A DNA stretch of 63,900 bases, the filler included, from Choristocarpus tenellus KU-1152 (taxonomy: Eukaryota > Protista > Phaeophyceae): assembly GCA_964200185.2 (NCBI GenBank). It is 8 parts of 8 records of this genome, joined end to end, with 100 filler letters (N's around TTAATTAATTAA, not from the genome) between each part and the next. Parts side by side here need not be neighbours in the genome. Positions count along the whole stretch, not along the records: positions 1 to 12,966 come from CAXNAD020001632.1; positions 13,067 to 30,663 come from CAXNAD020000655.1; 6 more parts are not named here. The stretch is one strand, 5' to 3'. The notes beneath the pieces were generated by a model, which was not told the origin of the DNA, made no database searches, and was given only the letters and a program-made list of their open reading frames with translations. The translations under genes and the position numbers were made by a program. Positions 12,933-26,247 of this stretch are shown piece after piece (position 1 is the stretch's first letter; each line of letters starts with the position of its first letter).

Positions 12933-13093
12933 GAACCAAAGTATCTGGGGGGGGGGGGGTCTACACNNNNNNNNNNNNNNNNNNNNNNNNNNNNNNNNNN
13001 NNNNNNNNNNTTAATTAATTAANNNNNNNNNNNNNNNNNNNNNNNNNNNNNNNNNNNNNNNNNNNNCCCCCCCTCCCCCAGATACCTTGACCC
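12933..13093. mobile_element. MITE family A termini on both sides of a contig spacer (12933-12966 and 13067-13093)
   Basis: GAACCAAAGTATCT-G(n)-TCTACAC and C(n)-AGATACCTTGACCC. Confidence 0.8.
12967..13066. other. Artificial 100-bp contig spacer N44-TTAATTAATTAA-N44 (also at 30664-30763, 41692-41791, 45519-45618, 49906-50005, 55661-55760, 60903-61002)
   Basis: The identical layout occurs seven times, and the 12-mer is a palindrome giving stops in all six frames. Confidence 0.97.
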
Positions 13094-13580
13094 TAACAAA
13101 AACATTTGATGCAATATCCCTAGAACACGACCCCTTACCTACTGGCTTAAACTTGGCAACATTAAGAAGTGGATTGTTGAAGTATCTTAATGTTTGGTGG
13201 TGGAAGATACTGGACCTGAAAGATCAGCAATTCTAAAACATTTTTTTTGAGGCATCAGACTTGGAACACTCAGCGACACTGGAGAACGTTGTGCTCATTT
13301 TGAAGGAGCTCAAGCTTCTTCCTGGAATTTCGCGGGCTCAGTGTCTCCTCCAACATGGGGGCAAAGTAGTCCTCTGTCACATCAAGTGTGCATACCCTTC
13401 AAACAAATAGTTTCACAACTGATGTCCTAAACGAAGGGATGCAAATGAGCTTATTTCCATGCACTGAGCAAAGTATTATACTGCACAAATGTACTTTCTT
13501 CTGGATAGCTTCATTGAACTCAAGTTCATACTGGATAAACCGTCAGGAACAATACATGAAAATATTTCGGGTTTGTTTAC

Positions 13581-16500
13581 CTTTAAGTTTCGCTCCCTCT
13601 CCTTGGACTCAATCTCTTGCAGGTCTTGTAGGAACGACATCTCCTTTAATTGACGTGTTGCCTTGAACACCGAGGCACTTTTCTCATAGGCACAAATTAT
13701 CCTGCCACTAAGCTCCGCCGACTGCTTTGACCTTCTAGGAGTCATTTCTCCTTGCCTCTCTGTCAGCATCCCATTTACTCTCAGTGCTGATATCTCTGTA
13801 TTTGACCACTCTCTTGTTTTACCCTCTTGAAATCGACCACCCGTGCTGGGATCCCCTGCCACCTGGAAACTTTCTTGACTGACAGCATTGAGTTCTTCTC
13901 TGGTTTGCAACATTCCACCTTCAGCTCCACCCTCTTTCCTCTGGAAATATTCTCCTCCTGAACTATCCAACTCCTCACTGTCTACTAAGAGTGATGGAGA
14001 AGCGGTGAGAGCCCTTAGGGCCTCCTGTTCTTCCGTCTGATGTCTTCGTTGTGCTCTTGCCTCCCTTATGGCATCCCTCAAATCCTTTGGCTTGAGCTTT
14101 CCAGGCTAAAGTAGGGAAGGCGCCAATATAGCAGGATGATAGCAAGTCCATAAAACAATTGTGAGGGTGCACAGGGGGTTATGGAACAGAGATGGTAGGT
14201 GTGCAGGTAGACTTCAACAGTCAGCAGCGATGTTGAAGATAGTGGCCTCTTGCATTGGGAGCGGACCACAAGCCCAAGGAAATAGTAGAGGACACAGGGG
14301 AAAGAGCATTTTGTTGTAGGGGTGAAGGATGAAGATGGGGGTTGGATCAGGGAGGAGAGATGACAGAAGTAACCGATGGGAATAAAACAGGCTGGAAGTG
14401 AGGCAGACCACAGAAGGCTATGGATGCAACGGGAAATGTGGATTTTCTCAGTAGGCCGAGTGCAAGAGAGCAGGACCTATAGGGAAATATTTTACACATC
14501 CTCGCATCTCTGCTTGCCCTGCCCAGCCCTCCATGTTCTTGTACCTGCTGTGTAAGCACAAAGTTGACAGCAGATACCGAGTTCAGTGAAGCAGGAATCA
14601 CCAAGCCTTCCACCACACTCTTAGGTTTTTGTTCCTCTGGTCGGGAGCCAAAGACTTCCACTCCTGGAGGTGGCATCCTTCAACAATCAGCACCAATTGG
14701 TAGGTTAGGCTTTATGTTGTGAGAGAGGTAAAATGAAATTCCGCTATAAGTTCAGTGATGCAGGTAGAGTAAAAAGTGATTGCCCGTTTGGAGGGAAGGG
14801 GAGGGTAATTGTGAGTCTGAGAACTTAATCCACTGCTTGTGTATTGCAATGCTCATGAGAAGAAGAAACTATGAAAAGGCCCAAAGTATCTTGGTGTGTA
14901 TGTGTCTGCACCAGGGTGTCCATTCGGGCCCTGACCATGAGAAGTGCTCTTGCATGATTCATCCGACATATGCAACCCAAATTCACCCAAAAATCGTGGC
15001 ATGGAAAAATGGGCCCCGAATGGACAGCCACCCCCCCCCCCCAGATACTCTTGAGACAAAATAAGTGGATACAAGGGTAAACTGCTTCTTCATTATGCTT
15101 CCATGATCATTGCATTGATGTGGATGGACAATTGATAGCATTATTTTTTGCCGATCTCTTCAAGTAGCCAACACATCAAAGTCAGCAGCATGTTCATCAT
15201 ACCTACAATTAAAAAAAAGGTTGAGGCCTGACTGAAAATATACGACCAACTATTTGTTGCGTAATGCATCAATACAATATTAAAATACCTACACAACAAT
15301 ATGAAAGGCAAGAGAGCAAGAGCTTGGACAGCAGTCGGGTGTATGATGGAAATATCTGCTAGAATCCAAATAATTTAAGAGGGTAGGGTCATGTCCGTTC
15401 AGAGTCATGAATCCATTATTACAATTTTGATGAATTTTGGCTATTGTTTTTGTTAGTGAATGTTGATATCCTTGCTCTGGACACACCCCTCATAGTCCTA
15501 TACATTTTAGGTAATTGTGTTCACACAGAAGACCAAAAAAGTGCAGAACAAACCGTGGGAAGCAAAGCCCTGAATGGACAAATAGGGCAATACTCATCCC
15601 CTCTTAAATGCTTTGACTCCTACCTATATGTGTAACTGAGCCCTATGCTACTGTCAACGGGAACAAATTCTTCAAATCCATTAGATAAATTTCTGTGTAG
15701 TAAAGCATCGACCATGGAGCTGAAGGTCTAGCTCTTTTGGTATCCTGATGTTCTAGCGCAGGATGTGAGAGTGTCACTGCCAGTGAGTGCTTGGTGTCAT
15801 TGAATTTCAAGAAAAGGCACTTTTTGGGAATCTATTTGTTTCAAGGCATGGCATGGTAGTGGGGTCCCCTGACTTCACTAATAATGTAGCGTTGTTGTAT
15901 GTAATGAGATTGCGCATGCGATGTTGTTAGGCAAGATTTCAACTCTTTTGGTATTGAGTAGAAGCCTTCTTCAGCGGTTCTCTTAGAACCCTCTAGCAGT
16001 CTATTGAGGGATGTTGCCGCCCAAAAAATCCGGAAAATTTCCGAATTTCTTTCAAAAGGAAATCGTACAAGTTTGCCAATGGAGTTGTGGGCGCTAATTT
16101 AATTGCTGCTATACCTTTTTAACGATTTATATGCATACCATACCACACCACCCACTTAATTTCAACTGCGGGCTCAAGGCTGCAGTTCTTATGTTATTAT
16201 GCCCTCTGGCGTTTTGCAGATGTGTCAGGGAAAAAGCCAATTCAAAAACATAAAGGTCCCTGTTCTCGTCAATATTGTCAATTGACTGAAGAAGAAGTTC
16301 CTAAGCCCGTGGTTGAGTGGTACTTCAAGGGAAAGCTACAAACGCCATACTCGAGAGTGAAAAATAATGTGAAATAGGAAAATGAGAAAAAAAGAAGAAA
16401 AACAATGAGGAAAAACAATGAGGAAAAACAATGAGGAAAATCAGCATAGCTAAGATGGGCAGCCAAGAGCAGTCCAGGTATAATGCACTGCAGGGAAGAA

Positions 16501-19500
16501 ATTATGGAAGCGATGCAATCAGCGGAAACGTATGACTGTGAAAGAGTCGGTGACAGTATGAAATGATAATAACATGCGTCATCGGTATATGGTTACGTTG
16601 ACGGTATGCATTGTGACACCATACCAATCCACCAATCTACCAATATGCCTGTGACAGGAATGTTTGAGTAGTCGTGCAACCAATTTTGAAGCCGTAATTT
16701 CCCTCCTGAAGCACTAGCATCAGGTACTTGAGATAGGACCCCATCAAAATATAATTAACAACTTCGCCAGAGCCTATGATTAAAAAAAAAGTGAAAAAAG
16801 AAGAAGAAGATTTTGTTCCACATCAAGTCCGCCCAATGTGGACAACCATTCGAACCATTTCACTCGAAGGAAAGAGGACCTCAATAACAATAAAACTAAT
16901 TTAAAGGGAAGGAGACGATGAGAAGAGAGCACCATTCGGCAAGTCAGTGTGGTGAGTGCGGATGTGCCCTGAACTGCTTGGTTCCCTTCTCCTTACTCAT
17001 GCAGCATGGACACTATGGATGGGTTTGTGATGGAAGATGGTGAGGAACCCAGTGGATGCGTGGTCCCCTGAGGGTGCTGTACCACCACACGAAAAACGTG
17101 GCCGGGAAAGATTCGTTGTGGACCGCCACATCTCAACTACCTACCACATGTTGCTACTGGAGGGAGGTCAACATTGCTCATCAGCTGTGGGGTGACTGCC
17201 CCCAGAGTGCAGGAACACGAGGCAGTACAAGAGTAGGAGACCGTGCCCCAGGGAGGTTTGAAATAATGAAGCTCATTTAAGCAAGCAGGTGCAACTACCA
17301 TTCAAAACGAAATATAGAAAAGGTATAGGGATCATTAAAGAAGCATAAGATTCAAAATTAGGGCTAGGGCTTCAGCATGGGCAGGGGTACACTATGTAGG
17401 TGCAACGATCCGACTGGGTATGATACATCTAGGACAATATGCAGAATTTGGAGATAGTAACAATCCGAATTTTCAACTGCAGAATTTGATTTGTACATTG
17501 GAGAGTGAGTAAGCCTCAATGGTCTATTCATTACGATCCAAGACTGGAGACCAGAGTACCAATTCGAAAAAAGAATGAACCTTACACGTCACAGCCATGT
17601 ATGAAGAGAGTTTCCCAAGAATCTGCTGCCCCAATCGCCTGCCTATGCTGCTGTATGTGTCACATATATGTTTCCTATGAGGTAGCTCACATGATGCAAT
17701 ACCACTGGTGGTGTTCTTCACTAGTCGAGAAAAAAATTGTAACCTGAAAATATTACTTTTCATTCATTTTTCCTCTTCTATATATATATATATATATTGA
17801 GGTAGAGCAAACGTGCCAAGTAGTGAATGAAGCATGCACTGCAAGAAACTATCTGATAAAAATAGTCATCTATTTCCCTCCTAAACACCCCCTCTCCATC
17901 TCTCCCTGCCTCACCATTTCTCATCGTTCTTCTCTCCCCTCTTCTTTTTCTTACGCTCATCAAGCCATGCTCCTCCTGCATCAAACACTGTTCCTGACCC
18001 TTTGCCCGTATCATAGAGCCAGTAATCTCCTTTGAGTTCTCTTGAAGCTCGTGTGTCCAACTTGTCGTTGGTGGGTGACCCCCCCCCCAAAAAAAAAAAA
18101 AAAAGAAAAGAAAAAGAAAAGAAAAAGAAAAAAAAAAGAACAGGAATGCAGCCAAGGTTGGTCGGTTTGGGGAGGAAGAAAGAGAATAGCAGTGTCCTCT
18201 GTCGGCACGATGTTTATGTTTGCTGTTCAGTGCATTCGATTCGCCTAGGTGTTGCTGACAAAGCTGTACTGCTTTTGTGTGCAAGTTATTGGCAAGAGTA
18301 CTGGGGGATAGGGATGTGTGGGGGAGTTGGGGTGCGCAGGCGAAAATAGTGGGAGGAAGAAGAGGAAGCAAGTTGGAATACAGAGGTGAGGGTGACCAAT
18401 GCATGTTTCAGTTTGAGTGAAATTATCTTAGAGGGCATGAATTTTGCCCTGTTTGTTCATTTTGAGCTTGGCTTCCCACTGGTTTCTTATTACATTTTCC
18501 TACTCCGAAATTTCTTCAGATTGGATAAACTGTATGTGTTATGAAAAGGTGTGTCCGGAACAAGGATATTGACACTTTCTAACAAACACGATGGCCAAAA
18601 TTACATCGAAATCGCAACATTGGATTTTGGTCCCTAAACGGACGCGGCTGTACCCTCTAAATAAGATACTTTGACTCTTTGGGAGCAGAGAGGGTATTGT
18701 AGACAGGAGGCAGGGGGAGTTATGGAAAAGCATGTGAAACGTTTGAGCGCAATCCAATATTTGATATCGTTGCTTGTTTGTCAGACTGAGAATAGTGGGG
18801 AATCAGGAGCAGGGCAGGTTATAGGGATGACAAGTACAAATCACTTTATTAGTGAAAATATTACATCTTCTGGCTGTTCTGTAGTGTACTGTTCACCCAT
18901 TGATCTTATACTACTACAGTATATTTATTTTTATCTTTAATAGAATTAGTCACCTCAATGCTACTCTTCTTAAATTTTCAAGTCCAAGACACAGAGATGA
19001 GGGTATCGATAGGTACTTGAATCAAATTATCTTAGAGGGTAGAGCCGCGTCCATTTGGGGGCCAAAATCCAATGTTGCGATTTTGATGTGATTTTGGCCA
19101 TCGTGTTTGTTAGAAAGTGTCAATATCCTTGTTCCAGACACACCTTTTCATAACGTATACATTTTACCTATTCCGAAACATTTCGGAGTAGGTAAAATGT
19201 CATTAAGAAACCCGTGGGAAGTCAAGCCCCAAACGGACAAACAGGGCAAAACTCGTACCCTCTCTTAATAAGAGACTTTCACTCATTTGGGGGTGCATGC
19301 TCTCACCATGTCTACCCTAAAGCTCTGCATGGACGGAGAGCTTAGTTCATTCCTCGTCTTCTCCATAGGGTGTCCTGAGGCATGTGATGAAAGAAGCGAG
19401 TGGGAAGGGAGGTAACCACATCTTCTGGACAAGGCAATGGACTCGGTAAAAAATACAGGAAGGATTGGCCCTGATTGATTGGTTGATTCATTCATGGCGC

Positions 19501-22500
19501 ACAACAACTCAATGCATGATGCAAAGATGCATTGTACATGTGTTTTTGAAACGCTAAACCAATGCGGAAAAGTAATGAAGGAACAAGGGAAAAATGCAGT
19601 GAGAGGAAAAAAGACAGAAATATATATATATATATATATGGACAGCATAAGACAAAAAAAAGGTGTCCTTTAGTTTAAGGTGCTTTGATTGAGGTAATGA
19701 TGAAAATACATTTTTAAAAGATGATCTACTACTACTGGTCGTACGAATTTTAATATTTTTCAATAGTAGGCGTCGATTGCCCCAAAATGGTTAGGGACAC
19801 ATCACACAATCATGAGGGTGGCAAACTCAGGGTTAGGGTTTGGTATAGTACTGAAATCGAGGGGTAGCAGAGATGACAAAGGAGGCCGCATTTGCATCCA
19901 TGGAACAGTCTGGATATCACATTCAGCAAAAAGGATGCCTTCAACCTGCAATCTATTCCACCAGATCTATTGCCATCACTTGAAGAGCTTTTGTGTTTGA
20001 TTCTTGATATTTGCACTGCACAGTTGGACATTTATGGTGCAGGGTTGAGAACAAAGGGTTAGGATAGTAGATGTTGATGTACTTTGCTGTCACAGCATGA
20101 GTTTGAGTGAAAGATAGCATTTCAAGGATTAAAACTTTGCTCGACACTGTGCACAAGGTCAACACTCAGTAACAGGTGAAGAAATCAAACAGGTTTTGAA
20201 TTATTTTACTACGTGAATTGGCACATTAGGTAGAAGTGTACTTCAGCTTTGACAATGGATTATCCCTCTCTCACCCGAAGGTGGCGGGAAAAACTCTGTC
20301 AGAGAGTCATCCAGGCTCATTCCCAGTCGTTCCACCCCAGCTTGCATCTCCTTGCGGCGAACTATGCCAGTCCGTCCCTTTCCAGTGACCACACATGAGA
20401 CTGGCTTGAAGTTGAACTTCAGAATTGGCAATGTGAAGGGTTGGTGATGAGGGAGGGCAACGAATAACATTGGTTCTGGTGACCTCTGACAGGTGCAAGG
20501 GCGACTGTCAGTGATTGTCCATATTCTTTTGTACAATGGGCTTGACGGAAGCATATCTAGTTGATTAGACTTGCTGCATAGGGTTTGTAAGTCTTCTATT
20601 CTTTGGGGGGGGATTTAGGTAGGGATGGACCAGGGTAATTTCATTTTGGGGGATGGAAATTGAGGTTGGGTACAAGATCTCTTGATAGGGATAGGGTTAG
20701 GGGTGGGAATAGGGCTAGTGTTGGGGCTGAGTTTTTTACTGAGAAGGCAAGATTACTCTTTTGACCACATGAACTTGAACTTGATTGCGCCTTAGTCCAT
20801 GCTTGGAGGGTATACCATAGAAGAGTTTCGGACCTGAGACACATTCACCAGCAAGCGCATCTCCGCAGAGATTGATGAGGTGGGAGTGTACTCAATCGTC
20901 ACCTTTGGGATGATAATTTTACAAAGAGGAGAGAGGAGGGGGAGAGGACGCATTCAACTAGTCAGAACAAGGGAGAAAACTATGGGGCATAACTTCGTCT
21001 CATGTAGTACAGGTAGTACTTCTAGATTATTGTGTACAGGTCGTTGCAGGTACAACTTTCCTATCCTTGTTGAGGAGTCGTCTAAAGGGGAGCAATTTGA
21101 AAAAAAAAAATTGTAGGGGTATCAAGAAATGACGTAATGGTATATGGACATGCTGAAACTCAAAATAGAGGGGCAAACTTGGAGGATCAGAGAAAGGATA
21201 TGTTTTTCCAGTTACTTCACGGCTGTCTCTTGCCCCTCTGTCCTGGCCTACCTATACAATGCATGCCCGGGATATTACCTTCACAAACCCATTGACTGGA
21301 ACGATACCTCGCATGGGAGATACCCTAAAGTGAGGGTGGGGGCTTGTGATTGAGATCTCGAACTCAAACTGGATCGGAACCTGCAGACCCATGCACAATG
21401 TGAAGGGAGGATGAAACTATCATATCATATGTTTTTCATTGATTTCCAGACAGAATGTACGCAAAGTGATTTATTATTGGGCAGAGCTCTGGACGTGTTG
21501 AGTGGATGGTAGACAATGAAGTGGCCTCAGTTGACTCAATGTACAAACAAAGCATGGCTTGTACCTCACACAAGAACAAAGGCAAAAAGCTTGATATCGA
21601 ACACTGCCCATTTGCATCAAGCTTGGGGTTTATACGATGGTTATGCTGTCAGTGGGTTTGGCCATCAGTACTTCAAAGTTGTTTTTCTCCCTCTCTCCCC
21701 TCTGCCCCTTTTCCCGTGCATTCCAGTACCCCTCATGCCTTACTCCGTCTCACACCCCTTTCCAAGTCCCCAAATCTCATTGAAACGCTTTCATGAATCG
21801 TATTTATCACCTTGCAGACCATTTCCACTGTATGTGTTGATACTTCTCCCAGTGCATGCTCTCCAAAGCTGATATGCTCAGGAAAAACCACATCATTCAT
21901 CACCTTCATTAGTATCATCATCACATCCGTTGCTCAGGGGGTTGGAAATGAACAAGTTCATTTTTTTTCTTGTGGAAGAGGTTGGAGGATAAGGCCTAAG
22001 AATATAGAGTTACTACTGGTAAGGGTGCAAGGAGAGATTACTGGAGATATTGGTTCTACTCACCGGGTAAGCATGTAAGGGTACAAGCATATTCTCCCCG
22101 TCTGTGTGGAGGCGTATGCAGTCATAGTGATAACGCTGCTCGAGCGGATGGAAGTCTACCATGATAACCTCGCTGGAACCAGGAGCCACTAGACCCTTCT
22201 TGTTGCATCGAACCTTGCCAAAATAAATACCAGAGCAAAGAGGAAGAGAGGCGAATGACTAGTGTTGGAATGGAGTCCTTCTAAGAAATGGCATTGGGTT
22301 GGATACAAATGGAAAAATCAGGACTGTTTTTAATGTGATTCGCACTCCTTACTCTATAGCCGTTGGATGCTCAAAGTGTCTGGGGGGAGGGGTAGTGGCT
22401 GTCCATTCGGAGTCCATTTTTCCATGTTGCGATTTTGGTTGATTTGGTTTCATTGGTCAGATGGATACTGCAAGTGCACTTTTCCTGGTCAGGGCCCAAA

Positions 22501-24727
22501 TGGACACCCTGGTGTAGACCCCCCCGCTCCCCCCAGTTACTTTGAGCCTGGAATTTGCAGTAGGTAGACCCTACGTTCTTGTGATGAAGTTATTGGACTC
22601 GACTTTGTTCCGCGACAGGGAATAAATGTGGAGCATCACTGGGCTTCCTATAGGTGCCCAGTCTCATTTACCCATTGCCTTAGTGAAGCGAGTTAGACTA
22701 TAACTCGCAATATCACAGGACAGACCCCTTGTAAATTTGGTCCTATCCCCATCCCTTACCTTATCCCTAACTATGGTTGGTCCAAGACTACAGAATCGTA
22801 GTGGCAGTTGTTGTTACCTCAAGGTTCCCGAACCTAGTCTGATGCTAATGATCCACATAGAAAACCACTACTTGACGGACATAATATCTTAATCTCCTGC
22901 CGGGGTTTCTGAGACAAGAATAATTTACCCAACTCACATTCTACAGTAGTGGAATTTACGAAACATCAAGGATGGCACATATTGTGTGGGATAGGTGACA
23001 GATGTTTATTACAAATAAACACATATAACAGTATCTTGGTTCTTCTATGAGCTGCCCATTTTGATGGGTTAAGATGGTGAACCAATATCTCTTTGTCCAC
23101 AGGACAGTGGTGATATCATCTGCTCTTGAATACCAGTCCTAAATCTGCCATAGTTTGCCTTCAGCACATTTATAACTCCCACCAGATTATGGTACTGCCA
23201 TCAAAATAACTCTTACATTCAATTTATGGAGTAAGTCTTGGTCAGTCGAAACAAAGAATACATCATGGTTTCTCTGTCATTCCTGAGATGACAGAAAGTT
23301 TTCTCCTCTAACTGATACAAGAAATGTTAAGAGAAGAATAAATGGAGCAGTATCTAGTCCTCAATCAATTGTGTGATGCCTGTCCGGATTTGTCATGAAA
23401 AAGACACCCCAAGTATTCAACACTTGCAAAAACAGAGGGGGGCATTATTGTGTGATGAGGAAGTATGACCACCTTTCAAAATTTCAGGTTTAGCACAGGC
23501 CAAAGTGCAAAACAATTTATCGAGTAAAATGAAAGCAACCAGTTTTTCAGCTCTACCCGAGCTGTATTGACCCCAACCTTAGCAACCCGGATAAGCAAGA
23601 GGTCTCCAGCATCCCAAATCACCTTGAAGTAGGTGACCTAAGGCTTGTTTGAGAGGCTACACAGGATCAAACTGTGAGTGATTCGGGGTGCTTTGATTAT
23701 TTTGTGAGCGAGCGCATGAGGGTAGATGAAGAAAGTGCAAAGTGACATCCAAATGTGATAATGAATGCTCATTGCTTCAAAATGCTAGAACATGCCAAAC
23801 AAGCAATATATTGCAGCTGCAAGGCATTCAGCCAAAAGATTTTTACAAAAAATTAGGGTCAGTAATGCTACTTTCACCTTGAACTGTTCTGATGTAGGGC
23901 CCAGAATATGCAGACGCTGGGAGGATCGCGATATGTTGATGACTTGCACCATTTGGGAATGGGGCTGATGAACCGTGTAACCCCCAAAGTGTACCACCTT
24001 ATATTTCCATTCAGGGCAAACGTCACTATTGGTGGAGGATCAGGGATTGAACTTTGAGAACTGGATAGGGGAGGAGAGGGTATGGAAATCAGTCATTATG
24101 CATTATTCAAGTGCTGTTCTGAAAGATTGCTATGTCTTGTGTGCCAACACTGCAAGATGGCAGGCATGCTATGAGGAACAAAATGAAACATGTTGGACCT
24201 GTTTCTACTCTATGGGCAAGGAGTGGATGTTAGGCTTGGTAAGCGAAGGTTAGGATAACAAGACCGTGACCCGCTTTCTGGTAGTGTGTGTTCAAGGGCC
24301 ATGTAGCAGTACAAGAAGCTCGATGGAACTACATCTTCTTCACCCCTTTATGACCCATGTGCGATATGCACGCTGTATGGAAGCTGTATCTAAAGTTCTA
24401 TGTACTGTAGTAAAGAATTGAAGAATCAAAAGCCCCCGAAAGGTACAGTGCTTCATTTCTCATTGAGTGAAGACTTACCGCTGGTCGAGCCTCAAAAAGT
24501 AAATTCCGTCCAAGCCGGCTGTAAGACTGCTTCAAGAGCCTGTTCGTCATCGTGGCAGGCCTTGAGGGAGGCATGGCCACCAGTGGCTTCAGCATCTCGC
24601 GTACGCTCGTTCTCATCGTGGATGGATGTCCTGAACGTTTCTTGGCCGATGAATCGTTGACTCGCCCAAGGATACGCTGACTGGAGGAAAGCGCAGAATC
24701 TGCTGGCTGCTGCAAGACTGAGGCCAT
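13581..24727 (-). CDS. CFAP221: Cilia- and flagella-associated protein 221 (PCDP1) homologue, 10 exons; 3' end lost at the contig end
   Basis: Exons 24727-24479, 23997-23878, 22213-22064, 21903-21811, 21380-21279, 20902-20834, 20416-20275, 18029-17915, 14677-14545 and 14105-13581 splice in frame. They give VVHFGGY...RLHILGP, GLVAPG...RYHYDCIRLH...LVPLHAYPVMN, VPIQFEFEI, NVSQFNFKP.SC.VTG, AVNFVLTQQPGKLKPKDL and TRQLKEMSFLQDL, which match PCDP1/FAP221 motifs. Confidence 0.88.
14878..15057 (+). mobile_element. MITE family A, full copy
   Basis: Both TIRs present, TSD AAA. Confidence 0.88.
15362..15619 (-). mobile_element. MITE family B, diverged copy
   Basis: Same layout (ATATCCTTG.TC.GGACACACC, TGGACAAA.AGGGCAA, TTTGACTC) with many substitutions. 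Confidence 0.75.
16008..16230. repeat. Fragments of a further dispersed repeat
   Basis: 16008-16042 resembles the reverse complement of 42162-42198. 16194-16230 (TTATTATGCCCTCTG.C.TTTTGCAGATGTGTCAGGG) recurs at 45475-45511. Confidence 0.6.
18415..18677 (+). mobile_element. MITE family B, full copy
   Basis: GAGTGAAATTATCTTAGAGGG ... AGATACTTTGACTC, TSD TTT. Confidence 0.9.
19019..19284 (-). mobile_element. MITE family B, full copy, inverted relative to 18415-18677
   Basis: Both TIRs and the internal sequence are recognisable. Confidence 0.9.
22368..22548 (-). mobile_element. MITE family A, full copy
   Basis: Both TIRs present, flanked by TGGA on both sides. Confidence 0.88.
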
Positions 24728-26247
24728 AATTTTGGATTGGTATTGTTGACCTCAGCACCCAGCCCCCTGAAATAGACCTTCGCCTTCCAGTTATTAATTG
24801 ATACCCGTCAATGGTCTCAGCATATTATCGTCATTTGGTGCGTAGACTATGTAATGGACTTTTTCTCAGATTTCCCAGATTGTCAAACATCGCTGACAGT
24901 CCCTGGTGGCAAGTAGGGAACAACAGGATGATTTATGGTGTTGATAAAGGAGGAGTGTAGGACACAAGAACTCAAGCTCAACATAGTTAGCGCGGGCTCA
25001 TACACTGGCCTATCGCTTAGAACTCTAGAGTAGCGATGCTCAAGTGTAGAGATGGGGTGCGTCATGAGGACGGAACTTCTTTTGACGAACCCTTTCGAGT
25101 TAGAGAATATCCTGCATCGGGTACCCCACCCACGGCTCTGGATTAGCAATAGATACGCGTGGTGCTGAGCAGTGCACAGAGGACACTCGCCTGAAACAGA
25201 CTCCGCCACATTACATCCTGTTGAGTGGATTGTTGGTAGACCTCTAGCATGTATAAGGTGATCCCATTGTGGATATGGCAGTTTCAAGAGTAAGACTGAT
25301 GGAAGAAAATATTATGTCGTGTGGCTTAGATAGAAATTGTATATTTTAAAACGGTGTGATGTACTCGCAATCACAATCTTATAATATTTTAGAGCGAAAG
25401 GGATCATTTCAACATGTGGAAAATAGTATTACACAAGTTTACTGTAGTAGGTGAAGGCTATACCCTACTAGTGCTTCCACTGTTGAGCGCATCTCCCATC
25501 ACCTATTCCCAGGTGTCGAAATATATCCACACCCTCGATCCCAGATATACACCCTTGGCACCCCCACTATCATGTCAACTTACATACTCGTCTCTCGATC
25601 GAACTTCTTGGGGACAAATGCAATATCGCTATCGCTAGTGTCTACCTGAATCTGTGTTTTGTAACCTTTTCTGCCACTAAGTCAGGCTTCAATTCCAGAT
25701 TAGTCGTAGAGCTCACGATGTGCCTATCTCGATGTCCTCATAAGTCTCAAGATCCGCAGTGCCAGACCTGCAAGTTTACTGCCTTGGGAATATATATACA
25801 TATGCATGTGTGTGTGTGAGGCTAACACCACTTCTTAAGTCTGGAAAGATTGACTGAGTATTGCTCAATTTAGTAGGCACTTCAAGCAATATTCGTAGTC
25901 TTAGGTTCGCCTACTTCCTTCAGTTGTTTATTGCTACAATTACCTTGTCCCAACCCCTTTCCTGGAGAAGTTATCACCCGACACAAAAATGTGAAAGAAT
26001 ATTGCTTTACTCAACACCGACAATATATACTTGAAAGCAGGCTACTCTCGTTTTTCACTCATCAACTCTCAACAGTCTCGCCTTCATACCAACTACCCAC
26101 CGCTAATTGCACCTTCCCTAATAACCCTCAACAAGCTCTACCGCAAGACACTTCCGTTCAGAGTACACCATGACGAAAGTGACATGTAACATCTCTCTCA
26201 CAGGGTTTCCATTCTACTTAAGCGCAGAACGCAACTGCCAATTGATT

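Noticed and set aside
13011-13022. Repeated palindrome TTAATTAATTAA as a biological motif
   Set aside because: It is always centred in exactly 44+44 Ns, so it is an assembly spacer with six-frame stops.
17778-18404. 208-aa minus-strand ORF and the K-rich plus-strand ORFs
   Set aside because: They arise from poly-A/T and (TA)n tracts; the real exon (18029-17915) is in another frame.
20275-20902. LINE RT remnant suggested by GLKLNF and GFGP on the plus strand
   Set aside because: The minus strand encodes properly spliced CFAP221 exons here.
8809-24727. Ciliary gene cluster (dynein heavy chain next to CFAP221)
   Set aside because: The genes are on different contigs joined artificially, and both are truncated at the join.
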